DNA from: Phycisphaerae bacterium
GTDB taxonomy: Bacteria > Planctomycetota > Phycisphaerae > UBA1845
Assembly: GCA_024102815.1 (NCBI GenBank)
Contig: JAGFJJ010000069.1
Location: 14,950-78,949, forward strand
Direction of reading: 5' to 3'
Length of the DNA: 64,000 bases
Shown one piece after another: positions 48,139 to 58,080 of this stretch. Positions within the stretch are counted from its first letter, which is position 1. Each line of letters opens with the position of its first letter. The translations under genes and the position numbers were made by a program. Below the pieces are notes generated by a model, which worked only from the letters and a program-made list of their open reading frames with translations, did not search any database and was not told the origin of the DNA.

Positions 48139-49833
48139 ATGCCTGCCGAATCGAACAGCCCGCCGGATTCAACGTCGAAGTACCCGACCTCGCCGAATCG
48201 TCCGCTGCCCGGTACGGCGCCGAAGGTGATGATCATCGGGCTGGACGGGGCGACGTTCGACGTGCTGGGCCCGTTGATCGAGGAGGGGCGCTTGCCTCGT
48301 CTGGCGGAGTTGGTCCGGACGGGAGCATCGGGGATTCTGGAGTCCACGACGCCGCCGATTACGCCGGCCGCGTGGACGACGTTTCTGACCGGGAAGCAGC
48401 CGGGGTTGCACGGCATTCTCGACTTCGAGCGTTACGATCCGCCGACTCACCGTCTGATCTTCAACAGCACGATTTCGCTGGGGCATGTCCGGCACCTTTG
48501 GGCGATTCTCAGCGAGGCAGGATTCCGTGTCGGAAGCGTGAACGTTCCGATGACGTACCCGCCGATGCCGGTGAACGGCTTCGTGGTGAGCGGATTCGAG
48601 ACGCCCGGTCCGGACAGTCCGTTTGCCTACCCGGCCGAGATTCGCGAGGACATTCTCTCCCGTTGGCCTGATCCCACGCTTCGAGCCAAGTGGCGGCGGA
48701 GCACGCTGGGCGGCGACGATCAGTTCAGGACCAACCTGGATTACATCAGCCGGAGCTTCGATCAAGGGGCGGAGATGTCCTTCTACCTGGGGGACCGATT
48801 TGGCTGGGACGTGTTGATGGTGGTGCTCAAGCTGGTGGACAACCTTCAGCACAAGACGTGGAAGTACATCGATCCGCGCTGGGCGGATGGGAAGCCGCAA
48901 CGGCGCGACGCGGTGAAGGCCTGCTTCGGACGGATGGACGAGGCGGTGGGGCGGTTGCTCGACTACGCCGCGGAGCACGATGCGGCCGTGATGATCGTCT
49001 CCGATCATGGTCACGGGAGCCTGGAGGGAAAGGTCCAGCCCAACCTGCTTCTGGAACGATGGGGCTATCTGCGATTGCGCGGCGGAGGGGCGCAGGAAGT
49101 GACGCGCGTGCGTTCGCTGGCGGATCGGCTGCTGCGGCGACGCCGGAAATTCGAAGCGCATGACGATCTGGCGAGGGACCTGGCGGTGGACTTCACGCAG
49201 ACTCAAGCATGCGTGATGCACGCGGGCATGGCCGGTTTCTTGTACATCAATCTGGAGGGTCGACAGCCGACGGGGGTCGTTCCACCTTCGGAGTACGAAT
49301 CGCTGCGTGAAGAGTTGTGTGAACGGTTCCTGGGCCGTGATTGCGAAGCGGTCGATCCGCAAGGGCGCCGCATCAAGCTGTTCCGCGCCGTGCACAAGCC
49401 CGAGGATCTCTACGGTTGCAGCCGGGAGGAGCAGCCGTGGATGCCGGATTTGATGTTGACGCCGCACGAGTCGCTGGCCGTGGTGCGGAAGATTCGAGGT
49501 CGGGCGCCGGTCCGGTGGCTACCGTATCGAAAGCTGGAGGGTACGCATCGGTCGGAAGGTGTTCTTATCGCCGGCGGACCGGGCGTCCGTCATGCGAAGG
49601 GCGTTCGTGCCCATCTTGCGGATTGCGCGCCGACGATTCTCACGATGCTCGGGCAGCGCGTTCCGAGTGATATGCAGGGTCGCGTGCTGACGGAACTGTT
49701 CAGCGAGGCCCCGGTTGTGGAGAAGGAGGCGGCGTCGTCCGCGGCGAGGGTTCCCGTGGCCAAAGCCGTGTTCAATGAGGAGGAGCTTCGCCAGGTGACG
49801 GAGCGCCTGACGGACCTGGGCTACCTTCAGTAG
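48139..49833 (+). CDS. Alkaline-phosphatase-superfamily protein (type I phosphodiesterase/nucleotide pyrophosphatase-like)
   Basis: N-terminal metal-site motif MIIGLDGATFDV...TTPPITPAAWTTFLTG and C-terminal SDHGHG. Confidence 0.7.
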   Translation: MPAESNSPPDSTSKYPTSPNRPLPGTAPKVMIIGLDGATFDVLGPLIEEGRLPRLAELVRTGASGILESTTPPITPAAWTTFLTGKQPGLHGILDFERYDPPTHRLIFNSTISLGHVRHLWAILSEAGFRVGSVNVPMTYPPMPVNGFVVSGFETPGPDSPFAYPAEIREDILSRWPDPTLRAKWRRSTLGGDDQFRTNLDYISRSFDQGAEMSFYLGDRFGWDVLMVVLKLVDNLQHKTWKYIDPRWADGKPQRRDAVKACFGRMDEAVGRLLDYAAEHDAAVMIVSDHGHGSLEGKVQPNLLLERWGYLRLRGGGAQEVTRVRSLADRLLRRRRKFEAHDDLARDLAVDFTQTQACVMHAGMAGFLYINLEGRQPTGVVPPSEYESLREELCERFLGRDCEAVDPQGRRIKLFRAVHKPEDLYGCSREEQPWMPDLMLTPHESLAVVRKIRGRAPVRWLPYRKLEGTHRSEGVLIAGGPGVRHAKGVRAHLADCAPTILTMLGQRVPSDMQGRVLTELFSEAPVVEKEAASSAARVPVAKAVFNEEELRQVTERLTDLGYLQ

Positions 49834-51196
49834 CTTCATCCTTTTTCAGCATCGCACTCTCCGGGCGGGGCACATCCCGCTGAATCCAGTATTGCTCGGC
49901 GAGTCTGTCCCAGAAGCCGAGGCTTTTTACGGCAAGCTTGTCGATTCTCCGGCCTTGGAAATAGACGGTGGGCGTTGCGCCGAGCTGGAGCCTAGCTCCC
50001 AATTCGATGTCTGCACGGATCCGCTGCTTGACTTCCTCCGAGTTGGCGGCGGCCACAAAGGCCTCGGGATCCGCGCCAACGGCCTTGGCAACGTGCTCGG
50101 CAGTCATGGTTCCCGCCGCGAGTTCATCCTGATGTTCGTAGATGTAGTCGTGGGCCTTCCAGAATGCGGGGAGGCCAACCACGACGCGGGCCGCTTCGGC
50201 CCACCTTGAGCCCTCGCAGGCGTGCGGATGCATATTGTTCTGGACGTACGGGTTGCAGGACTTGTCGAGCGGGTAATGGCGGTAAACGACGGCGAGGTGG
50301 CCACCGAAAAGCGGTTGGACCTGCTCATCGAGGAACTTGCCGGCCCTGCGACAGCTCGAACATTGGAAATCGCTGAAGATCATCGCCGGGACCAGATACT
50401 CGACTTGCTCGGCATGGATTCGAATCGCATCGTCGGGGCGGATGGGGAGTTCCTGCTTGGGGGATTGCATCCAAAGAAACACGAGCGCATTGCCGTCGGC
50501 GATCACGCGATTGAGCTCGGCCATGCACCCATCGAAATTGATTTTGTGAACGGTCGCCGACTGGGCTCGGACGGCGCTCTTGAAGATGTAGACCTGGGCA
50601 TAGAATACGGCGATCATCAGGGCTACGGTGACCAGGGCCAACTGGTGGGTTGGATAGGGTGCCATTGCGGGACGACGATCCGGCTTCGCTGACGATGCGC
50701 CGTCCTCTCCCGCTGCGGTCCGGCGGGGCCAGACGGCAAACACCCCGAGGGCGATCAGCAGGTTCATTCCGTGCGTAATGGCGCACCAGGGACACCATTC
50801 GTTCAGCTTCGTGAACATGACCCACATGTAGTAGGCCGAGCCGAGCAGCCCGAGCGATACCAGTCCCACGGGCAACAGGTGGTAATACCATCGTCGATGC
50901 GAGACAGGCCCGACGGCGATGAGCCAACAAGCCAGTACGGAGTAGTAGGCCAGGCCAAGGAACGCGACCGGGATTGAATTGGTGACGGGTTCACCGGGTC
51001 TCTGAGGCGGGAACACGCTGTACGGGCTGCGCAGCACGGCGTCGCAGTTCATGCGGCTGTTGGGCTGATCCGTACAAAGTGCCGCGAACCAGGGCGCTCC
51101 CTCGTGCCCGCTGACGTGTTTGACGAGCAGTTCAAACGAGATCCAGGCGGCAATGAGCGCAAGGAAAGCCGCGATGATGGAAAAGGTCCGGCGCAT
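49772..51196 (-). CDS. Vitamin K epoxide reductase (VKOR) domain fused to thioredoxin/DsbA-like domain
   Basis: TM VKOR core with CPWCAITHG; C-terminal Trx-fold with FSDFQCSSCRRAG (CxxC). Confidence 0.7.
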   Translation of the reverse strand: MRRTFSIIAAFLALIAAWISFELLVKHVSGHEGAPWFAALCTDQPNSRMNCDAVLRSPYSVFPPQRPGEPVTNSIPVAFLGLAYYSVLACWLIAVGPVSHRRWYYHLLPVGLVSLGLLGSAYYMWVMFTKLNEWCPWCAITHGMNLLIALGVFAVWPRRTAAGEDGASSAKPDRRPAMAPYPTHQLALVTVALMIAVFYAQVYIFKSAVRAQSATVHKINFDGCMAELNRVIADGNALVFLWMQSPKQELPIRPDDAIRIHAEQVEYLVPAMIFSDFQCSSCRRAGKFLDEQVQPLFGGHLAVVYRHYPLDKSCNPYVQNNMHPHACEGSRWAEAARVVVGLPAFWKAHDYIYEHQDELAAGTMTAEHVAKAVGADPEAFVAAANSEEVKQRIRADIELGARLQLGATPTVYFQGRRIDKLAVKSLGFWDRLAEQYWIQRDVPRPESAMLKKDEATEGSPGPSGAPSPGEAPPH

Positions 51197-51389
51197 CAGT
51201 TCTTCTCTTCTTGTTCCGTACAAACTCCAATTTGCGGCGGCGTGCGCCTCAGCCGTTGGGACGGCGGGCGGCCGCGCGAGACCGGAGGGCATGATACGAG
51301 GCACGGGCCTCGTCGGCGATAGCCGCCGGATTCATCGATTTTCCGGCGGAACTTCCGGACCGCAGGCGCACAAGCGCGTCACAAGGCCA

Positions 51390-52595
51390 TCATGGGGTCG
51401 CGTCTGGATTCGAAACGGTTTGACGCAAGGCGCCAAGTGAGCGTTCGATGTGTTCGCCGGCGTGCGCCGAGGAAACAGACGCGGGACTGCGGGGGCTGCA
51501 AGGCCAGAACATGCCGGCGGCAAGTGCGGCCCTTCGAAACCGAACCCATGCCGCTTGCGTCTCGCCATCGGAGGAGCCTTCCGGGGAATGAACCTGAAGG
51601 AGGCTGTCGATCCGGCTGACCACAAGCGGGATCTTCGAATCCTCGAGAATCTGACGGAGTCCGGTTTCCAATGACGCACTGACTTGTTCAAGGTTCTTGA
51701 AGAAGTCGGGTTCGGCGACAGCCTGGAGTACGACGCCGGCGGCCGCACAGGACAGGAGGCTGGGCCATTCGTTCTCGGGACATTCGCCGAAGGGCACCGA
51801 TTGTACGATGTCGCGTCGTCCGCCGACGACGCCCATGGGCAACCCTCCGGCAAGCGACGGGCCCAGGACGGTCAGATCGGGACGAAAGCCGAGATGCGAG
51901 GAGGCACCACCAATGCCCGCCCGAACGCCGGTCTTCGTTTCATCGAGGATGACGAGCGTCCCGGTCTTATCGCATTCGGCGCGAAGTTCAGCGAGGAAAG
52001 CCGCGTCGACGAAAGCCAGGCCTTTCGACGTGGTGATCGGATCGACGAAGACGGCGGCGAATTCATCGGTATTCGCGAGCCGGTTGATTACGGCTTCCAA
52101 GCCGGCCGGGGCAAGTTCCACGCCTGTGTCACCAAGTTTCAGCTTCTCGAAATGCGCCGACCCGCCGACCACAACGACGCGGTCACGCTTGGTGAACGCC
52201 TTCACGGCTTGGACGGCGTGCCGGCAGGCGGAACGGGCGGTCGTTGAAAATGCCAGCGTGTCAATCGATGCGAATCGGCTGGCAATCAGTTCCGCGAGCC
52301 GGATATGGGCTTCCGTCATGGAAGGCAAGCGGACGCCTCGGGCGACGGCCTTATCCACGGCGACAACGAGGCGCTCGTCGGCGTGCCCCAGGATCAGATC
52401 ACCGCCGCAGCCGTCGAAGTCGACGTATTCACGACCATCGACATCGGTGACGGTTGCGCCTGCGCCGCGGGCGAGAACCGGTTCCTGAACACCCCCCGTG
52501 GACGACTCCGCGGTGCGGTTGGCGAGGACGTTCGCGCTGCGGATCAGGGCACGCGATTTGGAGTCAGCCTGCTTTTCCTTCGTGGGCGTGGGCAT
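51390..52595 (-). CDS. Glutamate-1-semialdehyde 2,1-aminomutase (HemL)-like class III aminotransferase homolog lacking the PLP lysine
   Basis: DFDGCGGDLILGH, TEAHIRLAELIASRF, GGSAHFEK, ILDETKTGVR, and LTVLGPSLAGGLPMGVVGGRRDIV align with HemL ([24 protein letters not shown]), with Lys replaced by Pro. Start at MPTPTKEK (ATG 52593-52595); the upstream track extension looks non-coding. Confidence 0.6.
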   Translation of the reverse strand: MPTPTKEKQADSKSRALIRSANVLANRTAESSTGGVQEPVLARGAGATVTDVDGREYVDFDGCGGDLILGHADERLVVAVDKAVARGVRLPSMTEAHIRLAELIASRFASIDTLAFSTTARSACRHAVQAVKAFTKRDRVVVVGGSAHFEKLKLGDTGVELAPAGLEAVINRLANTDEFAAVFVDPITTSKGLAFVDAAFLAELRAECDKTGTLVILDETKTGVRAGIGGASSHLGFRPDLTVLGPSLAGGLPMGVVGGRRDIVQSVPFGECPENEWPSLLSCAAAGVVLQAVAEPDFFKNLEQVSASLETGLRQILEDSKIPLVVSRIDSLLQVHSPEGSSDGETQAAWVRFRRAALAAGMFWPCSPRSPASVSSAHAGEHIERSLGALRQTVSNPDATP

Positions 52596-52748
52596 GGTAC
52601 GATCGTAAGTCGCGCGGCCGGCTCTGTCGATCCGATACGCCGAAATGGTGCGAAGTCGCCGTTTCGGAGGCGGCTGAGGCGGTTTTTCGGTTCGGCGGCT
52701 CGCGGGCATCCTTGTCAGGTCCATCGGGCGTCCGTATCCTTCAAGTCG

Positions 52749-53621
52749 ATGGCAAAGCTTCAGCGGATCACGATCAGCCAGTTGCGAGCGCGGAAGCGCG
52801 AGGGTCGGCGCTTCGCGATGCTGACCTGCTACGACCACGCCACGGCCAAGCTCATGGAAGAGGCCGGGGTGGAGTCGCTGCTGGTCGGAGATACGTACGC
52901 CGAGGTGTGCCTCGGCCACCCGACTACGCTTCCGGCAGAGCTGGACCACATGGTTACGATTGCCGAGGCCGTTCGCCGGGGCGCGCCGTCTGCCTATCTT
53001 GTCGGGGACATGCCTTTCCTGAGTTATCAGGTGAGCATTGAAGATGCGGTTCGCAACGCGGGGAAATTCATGGCCCGTGCGGGGTGCGACTGCGTCAAAC
53101 TGGAGGTCGATCGTCGCCACTTGCGGACGGTGGAAGCGTTGTCGGGTGCGTCGATTCCGGTGATGGCCCATCTGGGACTTCGTCCGCAGTCCATCCAATC
53201 GCTTGGCGGATACCGCGTTCAGGGGCGCGAGGCGGAGGACGCGGCGCGTATCGCTGAGGACGCCAAGATGATGGAGTCGGCCGGGGCAGTCGCCCTACTG
53301 CTTGAGGCGGTGCCGGTCGAACTTGCGAAGATCATTTCCGAGGGAACCGTACTACCGGTGGTCGGGATTGCATCCGGTCCGTACTGCGACGCCCAGGTGA
53401 TGGTCTTGCACGATATGCTCGGTTACGGCGAGGGGCACCCCCCGCGTTCGGTGAAGGTTTATGCGCAGCTGCATCAGGTTCTGGTGGACGCATTCCGGTC
53501 GTATGCGGGCGAGGTTCGTGACGGAATTTTCCCGACCGTGGAATCCGGCGTGCATATGGATCCTCAGGAACTGGAGCGCTTTCAGTCGCTTTTGGACAGC
53601 AGCGACGCATTCAGCGATTGA
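52749..53621 (+). CDS. panB: 3-methyl-2-oxobutanoate hydroxymethyltransferase
   Basis: MAKLQRITISQLRARKREGRRFAMLTCYDHATAKLMEEAGVESLLVGD... is canonical PanB (TAYD/ LVGDS region, KLE catalytic region). Confidence 0.85.
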   Translation: MAKLQRITISQLRARKREGRRFAMLTCYDHATAKLMEEAGVESLLVGDTYAEVCLGHPTTLPAELDHMVTIAEAVRRGAPSAYLVGDMPFLSYQVSIEDAVRNAGKFMARAGCDCVKLEVDRRHLRTVEALSGASIPVMAHLGLRPQSIQSLGGYRVQGREAEDAARIAEDAKMMESAGAVALLLEAVPVELAKIISEGTVLPVVGIASGPYCDAQVMVLHDMLGYGEGHPPRSVKVYAQLHQVLVDAFRSYAGEVRDGIFPTVESGVHMDPQELERFQSLLDSSDAFSD

Positions 53622-53668
53622 CAAGAGCGGCTGGGAGAATAGCTTTCGCCTTGTCGGCGAGTGAACTT

Positions 53669-54067
53669 ATGCTTGTGCGAATGCAGTTGGCGCGCATCGT
53701 CATCGTTGACTCGGAAGAGGAAAAGATGTCGATGATCGTGCTCCGCGAGGTGGACGGGGAGCGCGCATTTCCCATCCTGATCGGGGTTCACGAGGCCTAC
53801 GCCATCGACCGGCGCAGTCGTGGTGCCGTGCCCCCGCGTCCCATGACGCATGATCTGATCGAGAACCTTGTTGATGAAATGGACTGTCAACTCGAGCATG
53901 TCGTCATTCACGAGTTGCGGGACTCCACGTTTTATGCCAAGCTGGTCATCCGCCGTGATGGTGAACTGCTGGAGGTCGACTCTCGGCCGTCCGACGCCAT
54001 TGCGGTCGGCGTGGGCACGGACGCTCCGATCTACGTCGACGAGTCGGTTCTTCGCGAAGTATGCTGA
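53669..54067 (+). CDS. Bifunctional nuclease (DUF151/BFN) family protein
   Basis: About 130 aa: MLVRMQLARIVIVDSEEEKMSMIVLREVDGERAFPILIGVHEAYAI...RPSDAIAVGV matches BFN-domain topology. Confidence 0.55.
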   Translation: MLVRMQLARIVIVDSEEEKMSMIVLREVDGERAFPILIGVHEAYAIDRRSRGAVPPRPMTHDLIENLVDEMDCQLEHVVIHELRDSTFYAKLVIRRDGELLEVDSRPSDAIAVGVGTDAPIYVDESVLREVC

Positions 54068-54091
54068 ACTTCAACTGGTGGTACGTGGGGC

Positions 54092-55555
54092 ATGAAGGTC
54101 GAACAGCCAACCCAGCTACGTCGCCAGACCCCGGAAGAGCCCGCGACACTGATCGGCGAAGGATCGCCCAAGCATCCCATCTCTCCGCTTGCCGCGGAAG
54201 CGCTTTCACTGCTCCCTCGAAGGTCTGACTGCGCGGTAGCGCGCTGCCCGGTCACTATCGACATTTTTGGCGGCGCTGCCGATTTCGCAGGCTCACTGGT
54301 TCTGCTGACTCCTCTGGCGGACCATGCCTGCGTGGCCGGGGAGTGTCATGACGGCGGCACGCTGACGGTGCGTTCCGCGGCGCGGAACGGTGGCGAGCGT
54401 TTGAGCATCGATCTGCGGATGGAGTCGTTGTTTCCCGGCGGGGCGGTCGTGGATGCCGTCCGGGGGCGGGCGCTGGTCGGCGAGCACGCCGACGCGGTGC
54501 TCACGGCGATGATCGGCGCGGTGGTCGAAGGCGTTCGCAGCGGGATTGTCGCGCCGGTTCCAGGCGGGCTGATCCTGGGGGCCGCGGAGTCGGATCGAGG
54601 CGGGCCATGCGGAGGCCGGCTGGCCGCAGTTGCCGGCGCCACGATTTTGGCGATGTCGCGCATCCAAGGTGGCGTGGGGTCGCGCGAGGAAATCGCCGCG
54701 GCATGCCATCGGGTCGTTACCGACTGGTTGGCCTTTCCCATCGGGAGTTCGTCGGCGGGCGCTGTGCTGTGCGGAAAGAGCGGGTCGGTCGTGGCGTTGC
54801 GCGGCGAGCCGTGCAAGCCGGTCGATACCATTCCGCTTCCTGACGGACTTTCCGTCGTCGGAGTTCAGGGCGGCGCCTTCGACAGCGACTGGTCGGCGCG
54901 CTGCATGCAAGTGCGGGCGGCCAGCGTCATGGGGCGCGTGCTGATCGATCGCATTGTCACGCACGAAGATGGTGAACCCCTGGGGAGTAACGGGGCACTG
55001 AGCCGGGTCAGCGTTGGCGATTACGTGGCGCGATTCCGTGACCGCCTTCCCACGAAGCTTCGTGGGCGAGATTATCTGGACAAATTTGGCCCGCTTGACG
55101 ATGTTCTCGCGGTGATTGCGGAGAATACGGTGTACAAGGTCCGTTCGCGGACCGAGCACCACATCTATGAGCATGCCCGCGCCGTCGAGTTTGCCGAGGG
55201 TATGCGTTCTCCACGTGACGGCGATCGCGGCCTCTGGACAAAGAAATTGGCGGAACTATGTGCGGCATCGCACTGGAGCTACGGCCAGCGATGCGCCCTG
55301 GGTTCCGTGGAGACGGACCTCTTGGTGCGGCTGCTCCGCGAATCGCGTTTGCGTCAGGTAGTCCATGGGGCCAAGGTCAGCGGGCAAGGCTGCGGCGGAC
55401 TGGTATGCGTTCTGATGAAAGACGATGCGGATTCGAAGGAGGCCGCCAGGTCGGTGCTGGGAGCCTACGAAGAACGTAGCGGCAGACGGGCGCGGTGGAT
55501 TCCCGCGGCGCCGGCCGGAAGCGCTGCCGTCGGGGCGGAGCTGATTCGGAGCTGA
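54092..55555 (+). CDS. GHMP-kinase-superfamily protein (galactokinase-like)
   Basis: Motif II-like PIGSSSAGAVL and C-terminal motif III-like GAKVSGQGCGGLVCVLM. Confidence 0.5.
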   Translation: MKVEQPTQLRRQTPEEPATLIGEGSPKHPISPLAAEALSLLPRRSDCAVARCPVTIDIFGGAADFAGSLVLLTPLADHACVAGECHDGGTLTVRSAARNGGERLSIDLRMESLFPGGAVVDAVRGRALVGEHADAVLTAMIGAVVEGVRSGIVAPVPGGLILGAAESDRGGPCGGRLAAVAGATILAMSRIQGGVGSREEIAAACHRVVTDWLAFPIGSSSAGAVLCGKSGSVVALRGEPCKPVDTIPLPDGLSVVGVQGGAFDSDWSARCMQVRAASVMGRVLIDRIVTHEDGEPLGSNGALSRVSVGDYVARFRDRLPTKLRGRDYLDKFGPLDDVLAVIAENTVYKVRSRTEHHIYEHARAVEFAEGMRSPRDGDRGLWTKKLAELCAASHWSYGQRCALGSVETDLLVRLLRESRLRQVVHGAKVSGQGCGGLVCVLMKDDADSKEAARSVLGAYEERSGRRARWIPAAPAGSAAVGAELIRS

Positions 55556-55570
55556 GCCGTCCTCCGGCCA

Positions 55571-55882
55571 TCATTCATCGAGCTGGGCGAGAAAATCACC
55601 GAGTTCCATTTCGGCGTGCGAGTCTCCGACGTTCCGGGCGGCATGCAAGCCGGATTCGAGTACCGCGCGGGCATCCGCCGTTCGGCCCAATTCGGACAGA
55701 AGCTGGGCTTTCTGGAAGTACGCGGCTACGTAGTTTCGATCCAGCTCGATGACGCGGTCGAACTGGTGAAGGGCCGTGTCGGTTTCCCCATTCTTGAGCA
55801 GTTCCATGGCCAGGGCGAAGTTCAGAAAGACGTCCCCCGGTTCGGCCTGGAGCATTTTCTCGAGTTGATCACGTCTGGGCAT
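55571..55882 (-). CDS. Tetratricopeptide-repeat protein
   Basis: TPR-like helical pairs (ALHQFDRVIELDRNYVAAYFQKAQLLSELGRTADARAVLESGL). Confidence 0.5.
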   Translation of the reverse strand: MPRRDQLEKMLQAEPGDVFLNFALAMELLKNGETDTALHQFDRVIELDRNYVAAYFQKAQLLSELGRTADARAVLESGLHAARNVGDSHAEMELGDFLAQLDE

Positions 55883-56122
55883 CAGAATTTCCGAATCAAG
55901 AGAAGGAACCGCAACGTCGCAATGCCCGTCCAAAGCAACGGCGGTCAGCGGCCGCACTGTAGGAGGGGGCGGGCGGCGTGGTCAATGGGCGAATTTGATC
56001 GCCCAAATAACGCCGCATAGAATTGGGGCACTCGAGTACGTGATCGCCCAATGCACTGCATTCCCGCAGGGCGACGTGGAGTATCTTCCTTGAGCGAACA
56101 ACCGACCTCTCCGAAGGAGACG

Positions 56123-57226
56123 ATGGAGAAGCTGCTGGGCGGCATGGGCCAGCTCGGTGCTTCCGATCTTCACGTCAAAGTCCGCTACGCGCCTTATTAC
56201 CGCATCGCCGGGCACCTGCGCAAGGTGGACATGGCGCCGCTGCCGGATACCCGCTTCGTCGAGGAGATGTTTCTCGAACTGGTACCCGAATCCCGTCGGG
56301 AGGAATTTGCCGCCGGTGACCTGGACTTTTCCACGCGCGGCCCGACAGGGGATCGTTTCCGGATCAATGTCTACCGCTCGATGGGCGAGCTGCATGCAGC
56401 GGTGCGCCGTGTGCAGAGCAACATTCCCTCGTTTGAAGACCTGCACCTGCCCAAGGTCTATTACGACACGATCACGAAGTGCTTCGAGGGGCTGATCCTG
56501 GTCAGCGGCGTGACCGGCTCGGGCAAGAGCAGCACGCTTGCGGCCATGCTCGAGTACATCAATCAGCATCGGGCGATGCACGTGATTACGGTGGAAGACC
56601 CGATCGAGTATGCCTTCACGCCGCGAAAGTCCATCATCGCCCAGCGCGAAATCGGCATTGACGTGCCCAACTACGAGGAAGCGATGCGCTTTGTCGTGCG
56701 GCAGGATCCGGACTGCATTCTGATCGGCGAGCTGCGAGACAAGAACACCATGCGCGCGGCGCTCCAGGCTGCGGAAACGGGACACCTCGTGCTGGGCTCG
56801 TTGCACGTTTCCGATGTGCAGCAGACGTTCGCCCGCATCCTGGAGTTCTTTCCCCGTGAAGAGCACCACTTCATCCGGTCTTCACTGGCCAACAGTCTCA
56901 AGGCGATCTTCTGCCAGCGCCTCCTTCCGGGTATCGACAAGGGAACGCGATTCCCGGCGACCGAGGTGCTGTTGAGCAACCCCATCGTGAAAGACAAGAT
57001 CGTTCGTGAGGAAGACGGAGACCTGCCCGCCATCATCGCCCAGAGCGTGGACGACGGCATGCACAATTTCACGCTGTCGCTATGTGAACTCGTGGAAAAA
57101 GAGCTCGTCCATTACGACACGGCGATGGACTATGCCCCGAGCAGGGAATCGCTGGCTTCCGCAGTGAAGGGTATCAAGGCCGCCCACACCAGCCTGATTG
57201 GAAAGGTGCGTTCGCGGTCGACCTAG
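56123..57226 (+). CDS. pilT: Type IV pilus retraction ATPase (twitching motility)
   Basis: SDLH motif (GASDLHVKV), Walker A GVTGSGKSST, Asp box ITVEDPIEY, His box LVLGSLHVS, and GIDKGTRFPATEVLL. Confidence 0.85.
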   Translation: MEKLLGGMGQLGASDLHVKVRYAPYYRIAGHLRKVDMAPLPDTRFVEEMFLELVPESRREEFAAGDLDFSTRGPTGDRFRINVYRSMGELHAAVRRVQSNIPSFEDLHLPKVYYDTITKCFEGLILVSGVTGSGKSSTLAAMLEYINQHRAMHVITVEDPIEYAFTPRKSIIAQREIGIDVPNYEEAMRFVVRQDPDCILIGELRDKNTMRAALQAAETGHLVLGSLHVSDVQQTFARILEFFPREEHHFIRSSLANSLKAIFCQRLLPGIDKGTRFPATEVLLSNPIVKDKIVREEDGDLPAIIAQSVDDGMHNFTLSLCELVEKELVHYDTAMDYAPSRESLASAVKGIKAAHTSLIGKVRSRST

Positions 57227-58080
57227 GCCGCTCTTATCCTCCGGTAAGCAAAGCCGACCAAAGCCAGCCCAGGTACGAGGAGTAACATCGTTGCGGGCTC
57301 CGGCACGACGGTCCGCGCACCCACCGGGCCGACCGCCGCCGGAGAGTTGCCGGCAGGGGCCGTTCGAGAGGTCAGCGAAGACGCCGCCGCGGCCGCCTCG
57401 GAGAGTTGGTTCGCCGCTCTATCGCTGAGGCTCTGAAAAACGGACGAGAGCGTCTGCCTTCCGGAGAGCGCTTCGAAGGGATTGGCGATTCCTGCCGCCT
57501 CGAAGAAGGGATCGGTCAGCACGCCGAGGACATCGAAGTAGATATTGCCCCGCGCGCGGATCGGACCCAGGTCAAAATCGCTCATGCTTCCCGCGTCCGT
57601 GAGTATGCCTTGCGCGGCCGTGTCCTGCCGAGACGACCAGGTCAGGTCGAGATCGTAGTAGCCGAGCTGGTTGATCGAAAAGTTGGCGTCGATCAGCAGG
57701 GATCCGGTGGTTGCGGAAGCCTGCGCGCCAACGTCGTTCGTGATGAGGTAGTCGATTGGCGAGGCAGGGAGCTGGCCATTGAGTGCGGTGCGGAAGGAGA
57801 CGTCCAGGGTGCGGAGCCCGCGCGTGCCCGTGTTGACTTGAAGCGAGACAGGACCCTCGAGTGTGAATTTTCCGATGCCGTAGCTGATCGTGTTGCCCTG
57901 GAACTGGTTGTTGATCAGGAAATCGTACCCGCCACTCAGGCGATTGTGGCGGCCCGCGAGGCTGTAGTTGAAATAGCGAAGAACGCCGGCGGTTTCTCGA
58001 ACCGCGCCGGCACGCGCGGGCGCGGTCGACCAGACGATTACCGCAAGTGCCGTGAGCCCGATGAATCTGTGAAATTTCAT
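57223..58080 (-). CDS. PEP-CTERM sorting-domain protein
   Basis: Signal peptide MKFHRFIGLTALAVIVWSTAPARA; C-terminal VPEPATMLLLVPGLALVGFAYRRIRAA. Confidence 0.7.
   Translation of the reverse strand: MKFHRFIGLTALAVIVWSTAPARAGAVRETAGVLRYFNYSLAGRHNRLSGGYDFLINNQFQGNTISYGIGKFTLEGPVSLQVNTGTRGLRTLDVSFRTALNGQLPASPIDYLITNDVGAQASATTGSLLIDANFSINQLGYYDLDLTWSSRQDTAAQGILTDAGSMSDFDLGPIRARGNIYFDVLGVLTDPFFEAAGIANPFEALSGRQTLSSVFQSLSDRAANQLSEAAAAASSLTSRTAPAGNSPAAVGPVGARTVVPEPATMLLLVPGLALVGFAYRRIRAA

Noticed and set aside
48169-49467. 432-aa minus-strand ORF antisense to the alkaline-phosphatase-family gene
   Set aside because: It is an Arg/His/Pro-rich shadow ORF with no motifs.
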